From Nitrospirota bacterium (GTDB lineage Bacteria; Nitrospirota; Thermodesulfovibrionia; Thermodesulfovibrionales; Dissulfurispiraceae), in contig CAWBMP010000002.1 of NCBI GenBank assembly GCA_963790025.1, positions 288,001 through 352,000 on the forward strand: a DNA stretch of 64,000 bases. The letters run 5' to 3'. The notes beneath the pieces are model-generated. The model had not been told where the DNA came from, made no database searches, and was given only the letters and a program-made list of their open reading frames with translations. Below are positions 10,255 through 20,441 of the stretch, in pieces; the first letter of the stretch is position 1, and each line of letters starts with the position of its first letter. Made by a program: the position numbers and the translations under genes.

Positions 10255-11209
10255 TCTTAGTCCTTTGCACCTTCATAAGTTCTCTATATTTGATTCTGCC
10301 GGCAATAAAACCTATATTGCCCGTCAGCCATAATTCTTCAGAAAATGCATTTTCTGATGCTATAAATTGCAACAATAACCACTTAATGAAACCTTTGAAT
10401 ACATTGCCTATCGCATAAAGTGGTATGCCCTTAATGCTCTTATACCGGCATTTCCCCATTTGAATGCCTTTAAGTTCGCTCCGGTCATATTCCCATTTTC
10501 TAAAGTAAGATTTTATCATTCGCGATGCCGGTATAAAATGATAAACAACAATATCAGGACAGTATAAAACCATTTCTCCTTTGTCTATCAATATGCGAAC
10601 AAGCTCTGACTCCTCCCCGGTATATAGTTTCCCTGCTGTTCTGCCCATGTTTGTATCGAAGTTTCCATATTTTTGAAACATTGACGAATTAACAGCAAAG
10701 TTGGCGCCATATATATTAGGGTTCGACAATTCTCTTTGCTCATCTCCCAAATCCAGGATGGCAAGCGTTGCAAATAGTTCTATCTTGAGCCACTTCGGCG
10801 GAGTCGTTTCCCACAGAGGCAGTATCTTGCCTCCTATGCATGCAGGGTTGTTCTTTCTGAATGCCTTCACAATGTTATTTAACCAATATTTATCGACAAC
10901 AGTATCATCATCCGTAAAAACTATTATTTCTCCGCCTGCTTCTTTAATACCTCTATTGCGCGCACAAGAGAGACCTTGTTCATTTTCAAAGAAGTATTTG
11001 ACATTCAGCCCTGATTCCATCGCAAATGCCTTAACTACATCCTGTGTGTCGTCACTTGAATTATTATCAACTATCAATATTTCCCACATTAAATCCTTCG
11101 GGACCGACATATCGTAAATACTCTTTAATGTTCTCTTCAGACTTTCTGAACGGTTATAAGTGCAGATTATTACGCTGAGCATAGGACCTTTCAAATCTTC
11201 TATGTCCAT
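10247..11209 (-). CDS. Glycosyltransferase family 2
   Basis: SVIICTYNR, VDNNSSD, GLSCARNRG, FTDDD, GANFA, GEE. Confidence 0.92.
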   Translation of the reverse strand: MDIEDLKGPMLSVIICTYNRSESLKRTLKSIYDMSVPKDLMWEILIVDNNSSDDTQDVVKAFAMESGLNVKYFFENEQGLSCARNRGIKEAGGEIIVFTDDDTVVDKYWLNNIVKAFRKNNPACIGGKILPLWETTPPKWLKIELFATLAILDLGDEQRELSNPNIYGANFAVNSSMFQKYGNFDTNMGRTAGKLYTGEESELVRILIDKGEMVLYCPDIVVYHFIPASRMIKSYFRKWEYDRSELKGIQMGKCRYKSIKGIPLYAIGNVFKGFIKWLLLQFIASENAFSEELWLTGNIGFIAGRIKYRELMKVQRTKNA

Positions 11210-11215
11210 ATTAAA

Positions 11216-11947
11216 TTAGCCGCCAAGCACTTCTTTGCATTTTGTTATAAACAAATTCTGCGAGAGGACATTCTGCTTATAAGTAGATTCAAAAGCATGA
11301 TAGATCAGTCTTCCATATGTTGTGCCTAACCCGAATTTGATTTCATCACCCAAACGATACTTAGGCACGACAACATGCGTAGGCATGATGCAACGGACCG
11401 GTATCCCTTGTTCTCTGCAGGCGATTGTCAATTCACCGGCACAATCGGCGCGCACCGTCGCTTCAAAGGTCGGCTGTCCCGCAGCATAGTATACTTTTGA
11501 CGGTACTACCAAAAAACATGGTCCTGCATAAATTAATGGATTGTGAAACCTCACCGGCGGTTTGCCGCGAAACCACCTGGCTAAACGGACACATCTCTCA
11601 ATTCCCTTTTGAGGCAAACTATATAAACGATAGTTTTCTTCGGCCTTTATCATCTCAATATGATCTGCTTGTTGTGCACATCCAATCAGCATCGGCTTTC
11701 GAGTAACTATATTGAGCAATCGGGGAACGACATCATCTGTTAAAGGAATACAGTCGATATCAACAATAATTATTACATCTACTGAACTAACTTTGCTTCG
11801 AACATAGTCCGTTAAAAATTCTCCATGGCTTAATTCGCTTTTACATTGTTTGATCTGCAAATGGAAATGAGAAAATACTCGTCGCTGCCATTGCAGGATA
11901 TCGTCATTGGCATTATCCCTGTAATACGAAATAATTTCAAACTTCAT
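11216..11947 (-). CDS. Hypothetical protein, possibly GT-A-like (DxD)
   Basis: 243-aa ORF coupled to wzt; IIIVDIDCIP DxD motif; no confident family. Confidence 0.55.
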   Translation of the reverse strand: MKFEIISYYRDNANDDILQWQRRVFSHFHLQIKQCKSELSHGEFLTDYVRSKVSSVDVIIIVDIDCIPLTDDVVPRLLNIVTRKPMLIGCAQQADHIEMIKAEENYRLYSLPQKGIERCVRLARWFRGKPPVRFHNPLIYAGPCFLVVPSKVYYAAGQPTFEATVRADCAGELTIACREQGIPVRCIMPTHVVVPKYRLGDEIKFGLGTTYGRLIYHAFESTYKQNVLSQNLFITKCKEVLGG

Positions 11948-11948
11948 A

Positions 11949-13271
11949 CTATTTGTTCAAAGCGGCGGGTCCGTCACTTGTTACAGTTCTTTCGGGAAAT
12001 GGTCCGGTCCACGAAAAAACCGGTAAAAATGCTCCGTGATCAGCGACCTCCGGTATTCGGACCAGCGTCCGTTGACGTGGGACCATGATATGAAGAATTC
12101 TGGCGCGTTCGACTACATCATATGCCTGTGCCTCATCACCAAGAGTTACCGTCAGGAAATAATCGGCTGGAGCGAGTGCCAATTCGGGAACGCAATTTTC
12201 AAGCCAAAATTCTCCAGGTGAAACATCGAAAATTTCTCCATTAAAGCCACTCCATAGAGTGGCTACTCTCTGGCCTGAAAAAGATTCGATATTAATTCCG
12301 GCAACCAGCCGTTTTAAGGGTCGCGTTGCTTGTATCCGCAACGCAAAATAAACTGTATCACATGAGTCTACATAATTTGTATGCGTTCCATCTCCTTTTT
12401 TAATAACAAGCTCCAAACAAATTGCCAGACCATTACCAATACGATCAGATCTCTTATTCAGTTCGATGTCCATCGAATCAGCCGTACCGCTCAAGTACCT
12501 CTTGATAGATTCAACTACAGCGCCGTCATGCTGAATTTCACCGGATTTTAATAATACTGCTCGCGAACACAGACCTTGTATGGCCCCCATATTATGACTC
12601 ACAAACAATACTGTCCTCCCATCCTTTGATGCCTCCTCCATCTTCCCCATACACTTCTTCTGAAACTGCGCATCGCCGACCGCCAGCACTTCATCAACTA
12701 TCAATATCTCAGATTCCAGGTGAGCTGCAACGGCAAAGGCCAACCTCACATACATGCCCGAAGAATATCTCTTCACCGGCGTATCGAGAAATTTCTCAAT
12801 CTCGGCAAAGTCGACAATCTGATCAAACTTTTTCCTGATTTCGGCCTTTGTCATTCCGAGGATTGCACCGTTGAGGAATATGTTTTCTCTTCCTGTCAAC
12901 TCAGGATGAAACCCCGTTCCCACTTCCAGCAGACTCGCCACTCTACCGGTTATCTCGACCCACCCGTTGGTCGGTTCAGTAATACGGCTGAGGACCTTCA
13001 GCAGTGTCGACTTCCCCGCCCCATTGCGGCCAATGATTCCTACACGGTCGCCTTGCCTGACCTCGAAGGAGACGTCCTTTAAGGCGTAAAATTCTTCCTG
13101 TGTGGCCGGCAGAGTCGATTTTTGAGAAGTTAAAGGTGAAAGCAGTTTTTTGCCGATATTATTTGCTCCTCTGGCTATTACATCGCGCAGGGCCGTATAG
13201 CGCTCCTGCCTCCGGTGGCTGAGGATATATTTCTTGCTCAGGTTTTCTACTTTTATGACAGTGTCACTCAT
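11949..13271 (-). CDS. wzt: Polysaccharide ABC transporter ATP-binding protein with C-terminal carbohydrate-binding (Wzt_C) domain
   Basis: GRNGAGKST, GTGFHPELTGREN, YSSGMYVRLAF, DEVLAVGDAQFQKK; ~180-aa C-terminal extension. Confidence 0.92.
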   Translation of the reverse strand: MSDTVIKVENLSKKYILSHRRQERYTALRDVIARGANNIGKKLLSPLTSQKSTLPATQEEFYALKDVSFEVRQGDRVGIIGRNGAGKSTLLKVLSRITEPTNGWVEITGRVASLLEVGTGFHPELTGRENIFLNGAILGMTKAEIRKKFDQIVDFAEIEKFLDTPVKRYSSGMYVRLAFAVAAHLESEILIVDEVLAVGDAQFQKKCMGKMEEASKDGRTVLFVSHNMGAIQGLCSRAVLLKSGEIQHDGAVVESIKRYLSGTADSMDIELNKRSDRIGNGLAICLELVIKKGDGTHTNYVDSCDTVYFALRIQATRPLKRLVAGINIESFSGQRVATLWSGFNGEIFDVSPGEFWLENCVPELALAPADYFLTVTLGDEAQAYDVVERARILHIMVPRQRTLVRIPEVADHGAFLPVFSWTGPFPERTVTSDGPAALNK

Positions 13272-14095
13272 ATCACGTCCGCAAAGGTCTTCTCGGTCTT
13301 CCTGAAATACCAGACCCCCGTCACCAGAAAAAATACAACAAGACCGCAGGATAGCAGAAAACCGGGCAAATACAGATGCACGCTTCCACCGAGGATCGCC
13401 CAGCGAAAGCCGTCAATGACGCCGACCATCGGATTCAACGAGTAAAGAAGACGCCACTTCTCCGGCACAATGTTGCTTGAAAATCCGACAGGGGAGACAT
13501 AGAGCCCGAACTGTACGATAAACGGGACGATATAACGGAAATCCCTGTACTTGACGTTGAGTGCGGTCAGCCAGAGCCCCATTCCCATGGCCGCGGCAAA
13601 AGCGATTGCGATCAACAAAGGAAGAGTGAAAATCCGCCAGCCGGGAACGAAATGATACCAGACCATGAGCCCTACCAGGATCACAGCAGAGATGAGAAAG
13701 TCCACAAAGCTGGTGATCACCGCGCTGGACGGAATAATCAGACGCGGGAAATAGACTTTCGATATAAGATTGGAATTCCCAATCAGGCTGCTGCTCGATT
13801 CGGACAGGGAGTTGGCGAAGAACTGCCAGGGAAGCATGGCGGCAAAGACCATGATCGGATATGGCAACCCTTCTGACGGGAGCTTTGCCAGTTTACCAAA
13901 AACCACAGTAAACACTACCATGGTCAGAAATGGCCTGAGCAGAGCCCAAACAACGCCCACAGCTGTCTGTTTGTAGCGCACAAGGATATCCCGCCAGGCA
14001 AGAAAAAAGAACAACTCGCGGTAGCGCCAGAGGTCTATCCAGTAATGCTTTTCCGTCAGCCCCGCCTCGATTCTTAACGTTTGTTGTTGGGCCAT
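13268..14095 (-). CDS. wzm: Polysaccharide ABC transporter permease
   Basis: RDILVRYKQTAVGVVWALLRP, KVYFPR, YRDFRY, LNPM, FADVI. Confidence 0.93.
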   Translation of the reverse strand: MAQQQTLRIEAGLTEKHYWIDLWRYRELFFFLAWRDILVRYKQTAVGVVWALLRPFLTMVVFTVVFGKLAKLPSEGLPYPIMVFAAMLPWQFFANSLSESSSSLIGNSNLISKVYFPRLIIPSSAVITSFVDFLISAVILVGLMVWYHFVPGWRIFTLPLLIAIAFAAAMGMGLWLTALNVKYRDFRYIVPFIVQFGLYVSPVGFSSNIVPEKWRLLYSLNPMVGVIDGFRWAILGGSVHLYLPGFLLSCGLVVFFLVTGVWYFRKTEKTFADVI

Positions 14096-14156
14096 CAGTT
14101 CCCTTGTAACAAATTAAAAGTATATTTTCGTTTTTTGCGTATTATTTCAGCATATT

Positions 14157-15524
14157 TCATACATTGCTTGGTTCCAGCGCGGTGTCGCCCTTTCCAATAA
14201 TGGCCTCGCTGGCCACAATCATGGCCATTACCAGCCAGAATGGTTCCATTATTCTTACTATTATGAAGGTATTGGCGCTCAGGGCATGGCCCAGGAGCGC
14301 TGCCAGGCCCACAAGCATGCCGAGGCTGACTCCCCGTATAAGCTCATCAGCTGTGTCCCTATAGACTCTCCATGCAACAATAAAGACCCTGCACACCAGA
14401 TAGAGGAGCGCTGCAAGCCCCACCAGCCCGGTCTCTATAAGTGTTCTGAAATACTGTCCGTCTATGAATCCATAACCCGTTATCCCATAGCCGAAAAAAA
14501 GATGTCGCTTTATATCTTCAAGAACTTGCCTGTAAGCGATGATTCTTGCGGATGCTGACATGTCGAAGTATCGCCCTCCTATCTTCACTTGCTGCGGCGA
14601 TTCAATGGGTATTTTCATGAAGGTTTCAGCGAATCTCTGTTCAACTTTTTGAGGCATTATCATTTCTGCCAAAGATACAACGATAACCAGGACGACAATA
14701 AGGAATACTACTCTTTTACTGAACAAAATTAATGATAGATACATTATCGTAACAGCCATCCATGCGCTCCTTGACAATGTAAACAGGAGGGGTATTACGG
14801 CAAGTGCAATCAAAGCAAGGCATGCTATCTTTACGGTCCGGGATTTAATCGATAAAAAAATGCCTGATAGTATGGAAATAATAAAAACAAGGTATCCTCC
14901 AAGCGTATTTGGCTCACCCCATTTGCTCTCGAATGGCGCAGAGATTCTTTCACCTGAAGGTATCTGAAATATACCATATATTGATACGAGCGCCGCCGTT
15001 ATCAGGAGTGCTATAACGTACCTATTTATCTGTTCCCTGTCGTGAATGCTGTGTACTCCGATGAAAAATATTAGAAAATATTCGATATACTTTGTAACAA
15101 AAAAGATTCCCGATAACAGGTGAACTTTACCGAAGAGCATGCCGAAAGACGTTGATGCAAAACATGCAGTCACATAAAATACAATTGCCTTATTTAAAGG
15201 TGTTTTTCTAAACACTCCGATCTCTTTGTAAACAGCGTTCCTCGCAAGCCATCCAAAAGAGATTATCAGTATCAGGAGATCATCGATTCTTAGTGTTACC
15301 TCCCGCTGCGAAACTGATGCCAACACAGCCTGAGGAGACAGGAGCATTGAAAATATAAGCAAGTAGACAGCAGTTTCGGTTGAAAGAAAAGATATTATTA
15401 GAATAAGGATGCCTGCCGTCAGAATAACGACATGGATTGTGCTAAAGTAATTAATAGCCAAAGCAGCAACTAAAGCAATAGCAGCTATAAACAGTAAAAG
15501 ACCGGGGTTTATTTTTTCGCTGAT
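14157..15524 (-). CDS. O-antigen ligase / Wzy polymerase family membrane protein
   Basis: Multi-TM; EPNTLGGY, TLSRSAW, FGYG, ETGLVG. Start uncertain: TTG at 15461, or ATC at 15524 behind GGAGG. Confidence 0.8.
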   Translation of the reverse strand: MSEKINPGLLLFIAAIALVAALAINYFSTIHVVILTAGILILIISFLSTETAVYLLIFSMLLSPQAVLASVSQREVTLRIDDLLILIISFGWLARNAVYKEIGVFRKTPLNKAIVFYVTACFASTSFGMLFGKVHLLSGIFFVTKYIEYFLIFFIGVHSIHDREQINRYVIALLITAALVSIYGIFQIPSGERISAPFESKWGEPNTLGGYLVFIISILSGIFLSIKSRTVKIACLALIALAVIPLLFTLSRSAWMAVTIMYLSLILFSKRVVFLIVVLVIVVSLAEMIMPQKVEQRFAETFMKIPIESPQQVKIGGRYFDMSASARIIAYRQVLEDIKRHLFFGYGITGYGFIDGQYFRTLIETGLVGLAALLYLVCRVFIVAWRVYRDTADELIRGVSLGMLVGLAALLGHALSANTFIIVRIMEPFWLVMAMIVASEAIIGKGDTALEPSNV

Positions 15525-17728
15525 TTTGTCCTCCCTGCAAGACGAAGGATTTTGGCTAAAATATTTTGTTTTTCACTTTCTGCAGACCGTTTTTCCTTGT
15601 AGTATTTATGCATTGCGCTGCTAAAGAAGTCCGGATTTACTTCGGGTTTCAAATGATTAAGTATAATGCCCCGTATTTTTCCTCCGACTTTCTCCAGCAT
15701 TAATGTTGTTCTTTTTAAAGCATTCCTTGAAGTTTTCCCGGCCTCGTATACTACAAGGATCCCATCCACCACGCTCCCGAGTATTACAGCATCGGACACA
15801 GGCAGAACAGGCGGGCTATCAAATATGATTAAATCGTAGTTATCCCCCATTTCCTTAATAAATCCGGGAAACCTGCTGGAATTCAGGAATTCAGAAGGCC
15901 GTGTTACAGGTGCTCCGCTTGTAATTATGCTTATGTTTTCCATCCCGGGAAGGCTCATAAGATCATCGACTTTTATCTCTCCCAGCATAATATCCATTAT
16001 GGTCCTGACCACCTCTTGCCATGTGTAATTACCGAGAATTATATTACTCAGTCCAGGCTCCCTCCCGAGGCCGAAATCCAGATGTATGTTTGGGTTTCTC
16101 AAATCGGCATCGACAATAAGCACCCTCTTCCCTGCCTGTGCCAGAACGATCGCAAGGTTTAAAACAGTAAGAGACTTCCCCTCTCCTCCCGATGAACTCG
16201 TAATCATAAGGCTTTTCAGATTTTTCTCTGCAGTGTCAAAAAAGATGTTTGTGCGCAAGGAGCGATAACACTCGGCAGGGATGGAGTTTGACATAAAATG
16301 GCTGATAAGCCGCAGATATTTCTTTATTTGATCACCCTCTATTTTATATGTCTCCTGTAAAAAATCTGTCACATCAGCCGTATCAAGCTTGGGGATAACA
16401 GCAATAACCGGTATGCCGATAAACAACTCCACATCCTCTATTGTGCCTATGGACGTATCAAGGGACTCTAAAACAAAGACAAATACAATACCGAATATTC
16501 CACCTAGTACCAGCCCGAGCATCGCATTCTGGAATGTTTTCGGCGGGTTAATGCGCTCGGTAGGCTCGGTTGCCCTCTTGATTATGCTGACTTCTTCCAC
16601 TTTTTCGGATTCTTTGATAAGGACTTCCTGATATTTTGTCCTCAAGAGGGAAAAAAGGTCCTGATCTATCTTTATTTCCCTCTCGAGGCGGTTTACTTCC
16701 ATCGCAGTCGGGGGCAGCTCGTAAAGCTTCCCCCTGAGATTGCCCATTGCAGCCAAATTTGATTCCTTCATGCTCTGCACGGTCCTGAGTTTCGCTTGAA
16801 TCTGATACATCAATTCAGTACGGACATTTAATATCTTATCATCCACATCCTTCACCTGGGGATGCGCCGGAGTGAAACCTATTAAAAGGTTGTCTCTTTC
16901 AAGCATTAATTCGCTTAGTCTGGCATTCAACCTTGCTATGATACCCGTGGTCGCATCACCCTCGGTGTAGGGCCTCGGCTTTGCCTGAACAGGGATTGCT
17001 TTTCCTTCCCTTAGAACGTCCAGGTAGTATTCATATTCCTTCATGGCCATATCTAGACGATCCTTCTCCGACTCCATCTTTGAGAATCTGTCCAGTGTGT
17101 TTTTCTCTTCATCTGATATCGATACTATGTCTTTTGCCGTTCTATATGTGTTCAGCGCATCCTCAGCTGTTTTTAATCTTGATTCCACGGTTTTAAGCTG
17201 TTCCTCTATGAATTTCTTTGCTTCGAATATCTGTCTGTTCTTTAAAAGTATATTTTCCTCTTTGTATTTCTCAACAACCAGATTTGCCAGCCTCTCAGCT
17301 TCTTTCGGATCGCTCGAGGATATCGTCACATCTATAATGCTCGCATTGCCCTCCTGCTCAGTCTTGATACGGCCCTGTAGTTCAGAGATGATCTTCCCGT
17401 ACTTCTCGTTGTCGGGAGCAGCATCGCGCGGTATGAGACCATCTGCCTTCGCGACCTTTTCAAGAACAGCGTAGCTCTTGATCATCAATCCAGCCGTGGA
17501 AATAGGATCACCGCTCGAAACTGAAAGGACCTCAACAAAAAGACCCACTGTGCTGGTGGACCTCTCTACCCTTACGCTTGCAGTAGCGTTATAAAGGGCC
17601 TCTTTCTTCTGGACAACAGTTACTGCAACGGTAACTATCTGGAATACCAGCGCAGTGATGACGATGATTCGCCACCTTTTCTTTATTATGCGCCAGTAAT
17701 CCCGTATGCTTAATTCGTATTGCTTCAT
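15509..17728 (-). CDS. wzc: Wzc-like polysaccharide co-polymerase / BY-kinase
   Basis: Two TMs flanking a coiled coil with HPQV; AECYRSLRTN, TSSSGGEGKS (Walker A), DADLRNP, IIFDSPP. Start MKQYE at 17728. Confidence 0.9.
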   Translation of the reverse strand: MKQYELSIRDYWRIIKKRWRIIVITALVFQIVTVAVTVVQKKEALYNATASVRVERSTSTVGLFVEVLSVSSGDPISTAGLMIKSYAVLEKVAKADGLIPRDAAPDNEKYGKIISELQGRIKTEQEGNASIIDVTISSSDPKEAERLANLVVEKYKEENILLKNRQIFEAKKFIEEQLKTVESRLKTAEDALNTYRTAKDIVSISDEEKNTLDRFSKMESEKDRLDMAMKEYEYYLDVLREGKAIPVQAKPRPYTEGDATTGIIARLNARLSELMLERDNLLIGFTPAHPQVKDVDDKILNVRTELMYQIQAKLRTVQSMKESNLAAMGNLRGKLYELPPTAMEVNRLEREIKIDQDLFSLLRTKYQEVLIKESEKVEEVSIIKRATEPTERINPPKTFQNAMLGLVLGGIFGIVFVFVLESLDTSIGTIEDVELFIGIPVIAVIPKLDTADVTDFLQETYKIEGDQIKKYLRLISHFMSNSIPAECYRSLRTNIFFDTAEKNLKSLMITSSSGGEGKSLTVLNLAIVLAQAGKRVLIVDADLRNPNIHLDFGLGREPGLSNIILGNYTWQEVVRTIMDIMLGEIKVDDLMSLPGMENISIITSGAPVTRPSEFLNSSRFPGFIKEMGDNYDLIIFDSPPVLPVSDAVILGSVVDGILVVYEAGKTSRNALKRTTLMLEKVGGKIRGIILNHLKPEVNPDFFSSAMHKYYKEKRSAESEKQNILAKILRLAGRTKSAKK

Positions 17729-17729
17729 T

Positions 17730-20441
17730 TTACCTGACCGGGGACGGGAATGTTGATTGGTACGTACTATAGGGAGCAAAGGGCAGCGTCAGGAACTGCA
17801 GTGTAGGAGCTAATTCGCCAATGAACACGTTCCAGTTGGCGATCCGTGTTCTGGGCACATATATGATATCGTTCTTTAGCAGGGTTATATCTTTTGTCAG
17901 GTCGCCCTTCTGAAGCATGGTTTTGATATCCGCCGAGAGGATTTGGGGTTTTTCAAGTCCTCCCCTTATTACCCGCACATCTTCAATTACAGCAGAGTCT
18001 TTATAACCCTTTGCCGTCCCTATCGCCTGCAAAAGAGTCATATCCGTAGTTAACGGGTATACCCCCGGATTAGCTACCTCGCCAAAGATAAATATATTTT
18101 GCGAAGAACCGCCGGCGTTGGTCGGGACATGAATTATATCTCCGCTTTCGAGAATGATATCTTTGGATTTATCTCCGCTTAACATTGCCTCATAGAGATT
18201 TATCTTGTGTTTCGTGCCGTCCAGCTTTGTTATCTCTATATTTTCGAGATCCGGAGGTTTAGTAAAGCCTCCAGTCGTAACTATAAATCTGGAAAGTGTA
18301 ATCTTCCCTTTGAGCGGATATATGTCTCCTATCCCCTGCCCCGTACCTTTTTGTATGGCGCCGAGCAGCATGACGGTCCTGCCCTTATATTCTTTAACCG
18401 ACACTTCGACTCTCGGCTCTCTAATATATACTGAAAGAGCATTCTTTAAAGCTGCCTCAGCCTGCCTTGCCGTCATATCACTCATTTTTACATCAACAAG
18501 CCCGAACGTGATAAAGCCGTCCTTTCTTACGACAACGTCATAATTCTTTGCTTCAAAGCCCTGCCACATTTTTATTTCCAGCAAATCCCCGGCAGCAATA
18601 AGGTATTCAGGTACACCGGACTCGCTTGTAAATGTGTTGTTTTTTTCAATTGCAGCATCATTTGCCAGGGCAGTGGATATGCCCATAAAGACCAGTGCGC
18701 AAATGATAATGGAAATGATTATTTTCTTAAACTTGCTTACAGGCTGGAGAACAGCAAGAGATAAAATCTCCCTTAATCGGTAAAGATAGAGCCGGTATGT
18801 CCCTGATGTCGACAGCCTGCTGTATGGGCAGGGCAGCCTTTTATTGACAACCCACGCCGGTGGAAACAGTGTCCTGAAAATAAACGATACTTTTTTTATA
18901 ATGCCCTCATTCATTTCCAGGTGGACCAGATAACTTAATCCAGAGGGGCAATTTCCCCTTGCTGCAATATGATAAAACAACCTTTCTCCGTGAGATTTCT
19001 TATAAGCGCCTAATTCCAGCAATACCCATTCAGGAATATCGATTCCCATATTCAATTTGCTCATGGATAGAATATTATACACAAATCTGTGAACGCTGAA
19101 TTCCCTGCTGGTACTAATAATTTTCCGCCAATCCAGCACAGATTCATATATCGACACAAGGGTTGCAATGTCCAGAAGATAAATAAGCTTGGACGCCGAG
19201 TGGGTCACCCTCATGGCATGTTCGCAAAGGTGGACCAGAAAATGGTGCGGCGACATGCATAATACCCCGGCGCCGGCAATTTTGGAAGGCACGGCATCCT
19301 TCCATATCTGATCCATTTTTACTGCCTTTGCATATGGGGCAGGGATGGAAGAGTTTACAAGATGCCAGTGAATATGAAAAGATGGATGCATGGGATTCCG
19401 GCTCCTGTAGTCACGGGTAGTCAAATAGTTATTCTCGTTATCAACACCATCAAAAAAAGACAGATCTATCGCAGTATATCCCATTTTTTCGAGCACATCG
19501 TTTGCCTTCTCAAGATCATCAGTTTTGAGAAGTAAATCTATGTCGGACATCTCTCTGATTCCTATATCCGGATACACAAGTTCCGCGAGGGCGGCCCCCT
19601 TCATTACTATGACATCTATCTGCCGCTCTCCCAATTCTTTGACAACCCTGTTGAACTCTGAATAAAGTATTGTGTTTCTTGCAGCGGTAACAAAATAATC
19701 CCTTCTCAGCTCTGCGATAAAATTATCAAACGCTCCTGTCTCCGGCTCCTTACTCCTTCCCCCCTGCACTTTTTTTAAAACCGCATATATCTTCTGCGAC
19801 ACCCTGTTATCTCTTGCAATTGTCAAACACTTTGACAGATCTATGAAATCCTTCAGGGCCATTGCAGTATCAGAGGCTGCTGCGGCAGGTGAAAAATCTG
19901 CCTGCAGTAAAGACACGAGAAACATCTCTTCTCTTGATTTTGAAACCATTCCTTCCGGGGCATAAAAACCCTTATAACCTCTTATTCTCTCATAAAGAGC
20001 AGCAGTCAGCGGCGACAGGTAATACGCCAGCTTATTGAATTTTGAAAATATCCCTTTCCCCAGATGAACCAACATTCCGCATTTCGCTACCGCGTATACG
20101 CGCCCAAGAATATCGCTTGCTCTTACAGGGGCGTCAGCAGATGAAAATGTATCGCCTTTAGTCAGGAAGATGAATCCATCGTCACTCTCACTCGAAAGGA
20201 CCTTCGATTCTCCTGAGACCCTTTTTCGGCAGCTATCAACAAGCCGGTGCGCTATCATGTGTTCATCTCTTTTATATAGAATGATATCGCCGGCAGACAA
20301 ATCCTCGGGTTTTACGGGTTCGACGTAGATTGTGTCACCCGATCTTAAAACAGGCGACATGCTACCGCCCGTTACGCGCGTGCTCAGGTTTTTGCCGTCA
20401 GTCAGCAGGCCCTCTGCAAGCTGTAAATGATTTACTTTCAA
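17730..20441 (-). CDS. Fusion: S26/S24 signal-peptidase-like domain + nucleotidyltransferase (NTP_transf_5) + internal signal/TM + Wza-like polysaccharide export/SLBB domains
   Basis: GGSMSP..SGD, IAHRL, FLTKGD (S26); VMKGAAL..VYP...REMSDIDLL, HWHL (NTase); KKIIISIIICALVFMGISTALA; EYLIAAGD, VRKDGFIT, FGEVANPGVY, NDIIYVP (Wza/SLBB). Start likely TTG at 20441 (TTGA overlap, GAGGAG upstream). Confidence 0.82.
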   Translation of the reverse strand: MKVNHLQLAEGLLTDGKNLSTRVTGGSMSPVLRSGDTIYVEPVKPEDLSAGDIILYKRDEHMIAHRLVDSCRKRVSGESKVLSSESDDGFIFLTKGDTFSSADAPVRASDILGRVYAVAKCGMLVHLGKGIFSKFNKLAYYLSPLTAALYERIRGYKGFYAPEGMVSKSREEMFLVSLLQADFSPAAAASDTAMALKDFIDLSKCLTIARDNRVSQKIYAVLKKVQGGRSKEPETGAFDNFIAELRRDYFVTAARNTILYSEFNRVVKELGERQIDVIVMKGAALAELVYPDIGIREMSDIDLLLKTDDLEKANDVLEKMGYTAIDLSFFDGVDNENNYLTTRDYRSRNPMHPSFHIHWHLVNSSIPAPYAKAVKMDQIWKDAVPSKIAGAGVLCMSPHHFLVHLCEHAMRVTHSASKLIYLLDIATLVSIYESVLDWRKIISTSREFSVHRFVYNILSMSKLNMGIDIPEWVLLELGAYKKSHGERLFYHIAARGNCPSGLSYLVHLEMNEGIIKKVSFIFRTLFPPAWVVNKRLPCPYSRLSTSGTYRLYLYRLREILSLAVLQPVSKFKKIIISIIICALVFMGISTALANDAAIEKNNTFTSESGVPEYLIAAGDLLEIKMWQGFEAKNYDVVVRKDGFITFGLVDVKMSDMTARQAEAALKNALSVYIREPRVEVSVKEYKGRTVMLLGAIQKGTGQGIGDIYPLKGKITLSRFIVTTGGFTKPPDLENIEITKLDGTKHKINLYEAMLSGDKSKDIILESGDIIHVPTNAGGSSQNIFIFGEVANPGVYPLTTDMTLLQAIGTAKGYKDSAVIEDVRVIRGGLEKPQILSADIKTMLQKGDLTKDITLLKNDIIYVPRTRIANWNVFIGELAPTLQFLTLPFAPYSTYQSTFPSPVR

